A DNA stretch of 9,906 nucleotides from Octopus sinensis. Taxonomy: Eukaryota. The notes under the pieces were generated by a model, which searched no databases, had not been told where the DNA came from, and was given only the letters and a program-made list of their open reading frames with translations. The position numbers were made by a program, and so were the translations under genes. The stretch covers positions 1-9,906 of the forward strand of contig NW_021827635.1 of NCBI RefSeq assembly GCF_006345805.1, given 5' to 3'. Positions 8,098 to 9,906 of the stretch are shown piece by piece (position 1 is the first letter of the stretch; each line of letters starts with the position of its first letter).

Positions 8098-8145
8098 GTC
8101 TTACAGCTGTTTCCAGGATATTTATTATATCCCTTCATCGGGGAC
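8098..8145 (-). ncRNA. Minimal type I hammerhead ribozyme relic (PLE-type)
   Basis: Minus strand GUCC-CCGAUGA-AGGGAUAU-AAUAA-AUAUCCU-G-GAAA-CAGCUG-UA-AGAC. Core is CUGAUGA with U4>C, stem II hairpin, GAAA, palindromic stem III ACAGCUGU, GUA cleavage triplet, 3-bp stem I plus one C.A mismatch. Confidence 0.65.
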
Positions 8146-8336
8146 GGTGTGAGAGGATGGTTAAGAAATAGTTCATTTAGATAAGATATAAAATAGAGAC
8201 TGAGGTGGAGGAAATAAAGAAAATAGATGTCAGATATGTAGGGATATTGCATTTGTAGATCCATTTTTTTAGGCAGAACGGTATGCATATAAGATTCGAA
8301 TACCTTATGAGTAAAATCCAATAGAATTTTAAAATT
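8098..8336 (-). mobile_element. Penelope-like element 3' relic (endonuclease C-terminus plus hammerhead)
   Basis: Minus frame from 8336 reads NFKILLDFTHKVFESYMHTVLPKKMDLQMQYP, resembling my recalled PLE GIY-YIG C-terminal pattern NFKIL...K-I/V-LESLYI...P.LN. A hammerhead follows about 100 nt downstream of this peptide, as expected for a PLE. Peptide similarity is by recall only. Confidence 0.5.
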
Positions 8337-8395
8337 TTTCTCTTCTTTTTCTCTGTCTCTATTTCTCTTCCTGTTTTCGATTTGACCCTAATAAT

Positions 8396-8560
8396 ACACT
8401 CCCTATTTTAGGGCACTTTGAACACAACCCTGGATTCAATAACACTGCGTATAAATTCTATACCTGGAATGACCAATTTTAAATTCTATTGGATTTTACT
8501 AAGGTATTGGAATATTTTATATATATAAGTTTACTTCCTCCGTCACAAACAAGATGTATC
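8396..8560 (+). mobile_element. Second Penelope-like endonuclease relic, opposite orientation
   Basis: TLPILGHFEHNPG...TWND, frameshift, NFK, frameshift, LDFTKVLEYFIYISLLPP. 8475-8513 is the near-perfect reverse complement of 8294-8336, with a 20-bp exact core (8310-8329/8481-8500). Confidence 0.45.
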
Positions 8561-8712
8561 CAGAGCGTTATATCTTGTCTGTCTCACCAAGACACAGAGT
8601 GTTCAACTGAATATATAAGTGAATATCGGGTTTCATATATAGATTTTCTTATAGAAATTACATATGAAAATTAACAACTGATAGATATATAAAATATGAA
8701 ATGTATGCATAT

Positions 8713-8890
8713 AGGAGCATAAGTGGCTGTGTGGTAAGAAGCTTCGTTCTGGGTTCAGTCCCACTGCGTAGAACCTTGGGCAAGCATCTTCTACTATAGC
8801 CCCAAGCCGACCAAAGCCTTGTGAGTGGATTTTGCTGACGAAAACTGAAAGAAGCCCGTCAAACACGCACACACACACGCACACACACAC

Positions 8891-8950
<60 letters not shown>

Positions 8951-9169
8951 GTTATATATATATACATGTATGTATGTGCTTTTGTGTTTGTGTTTGTCCC
9001 CCACACCATCGCTTGACAGCCGGTGTTGGCGTATTTACGTCCACGTAACTTAGCCGATAGAATAAGTACTAGGCTTACAAAGAATAAGTCTTGGGATCGA
9101 TTTGCTCGACTAAATGCGGTGCCCCAGCATGGCAGCAGCAAGTAACTGAAGCGAATAAAAGAATAAAAA
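8713..9169 (+). mobile_element. Near full-length SINE family 1 copy with two internal deletions
   Basis: A-box-like TGGCTGTGTGG 8724-8734, B-box-like GGTTCAGTCCC 8752-8762, CCTTGGGCAAG segment, internal microsatellite 8861-8975, tail (GAATAAAA)2. Relative to the 1959-2385 copy it lacks 15 bp between the boxes and 17 bp after CTTAGC. Confidence 0.92.
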
Positions 9170-9193
9170 TTATATATATATATGTATATATAT

Positions 9194-9257
<64 letters not shown>
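9170..9257. repeat. (TA)n microsatellite
   Basis: Read directly; abuts the SINE tail. Confidence 0.96.
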
Positions 9258-9260
<3 letters not shown>

Positions 9261-9372
9261 GCTTTAAATGCACGTGTGTTTGCGCTTATGTTTCTGTAGA
9301 GGGGATGAGTACAGCCCCAAACTGGCTACATCATTTTGAGCATCTAAAAATCTTTAATTCACATCTTTCTCT

Positions 9373-9480
9373 CCACATACATACACAAACGCACAAGTTT
9401 ACAGACCGACATACGTATACACACACACACACACATATGTGCGTGTCTGTGTGTTTGTGTCTGTGTAAACACACACACAT
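9373..9480. repeat. Degenerate (CA)n then (TG)n array
   Basis: Read directly. Confidence 0.85.
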
Positions 9481-9861
9481 ATGGATGCATTGAACAACAT
9501 GCTTTCCAAATTTTCGCTTTGATCGTTTAAATGGATCTAAATGCATTTAACTCTTCTGTTCGTATACAGAAAAATAAAGGAGATTGTTCTGACATGTTTT
9601 AAGTTTGTTGACCTCTATGCAGAAGACTAGTTTCCTCTCAACTTTCTGTCTAGATAGAGAACTTACAGCAAATCGCTATTTCAATCACACAAAAACTAGA
9701 ATTACTAGATTAATTTGCATTTCTACATTCGTCTGTGCCCTGCTAGTGTCATAAATATTCAGGCGCAATAGAGAATGTTTTAGAAAACTGTGACAGAAAA
9801 AGCTGTAGGTTAATGTTTTTACCTTCTCGAGCTATGCCTGGCTCATAAGGGACAGTTTCCC

Positions 9862-9906
9862 AAGACAGCGAGCTGGCAGAAACGTTAGCACGTCTGGTGA
9901 AATGCT
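9862..9906 (+). mobile_element. 5' head of a second tRNA-derived SINE family, cut by the window edge
   Basis: AAGACAGCGAGCTGGCAGAAACGTTAGCACGTCTGGTGAAATGCT contains an A-box-like TGGCAGAAACG and matches my recollection of a common octopus SINE head (GGCGGCGAGCTGGCAGAAACGTTAGCACGCCGGGCGAAATGCT). B box lies outside the window. Confidence 0.75.

Noticed and set aside
425-9546. Most ORFs in the supplied track (poly-YI, VC, HT, LSIY, poly-L/Y/I)
   Set aside because: They are translations of microsatellites or SINE bodies that lack stops by composition; no domain or codon signal.

Overview
AT-rich, microsatellite-saturated, non-coding eukaryotic DNA. The SINE sequences match, from memory, the abundant tRNA-derived SINEs of octopus, so the source is most likely an octopod intron or intergenic region (inference, not database-checked). 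No protein-coding gene is supported: almost all listed ORFs are translations of simple repeats. The window holds six pieces of one SINE family, the head of a second SINE family, two non-autonomous Helitrons with recognisable termini, a foldback/MITE-like element, a perfect 60-bp palindrome and a 148-bp tandem duplication. The least obvious signal is at 8098-8560. Two decayed fragments resembling the C-terminus of a Penelope-like (PLE) GIY-YIG endonuclease sit back to back, and one is followed by a near-complete minimal type I hammerhead ribozyme. A second hammerhead-like motif at 3941 shares its unusual AGG...CCU-R-GAAA junction. Several inverted duplications are centred on (TA)n tracts, suggesting recurrent foldback template switching. 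I cannot support a wholly new biological system from this window alone; the hammerhead variant and the (TA)n foldbacks are the best leads.
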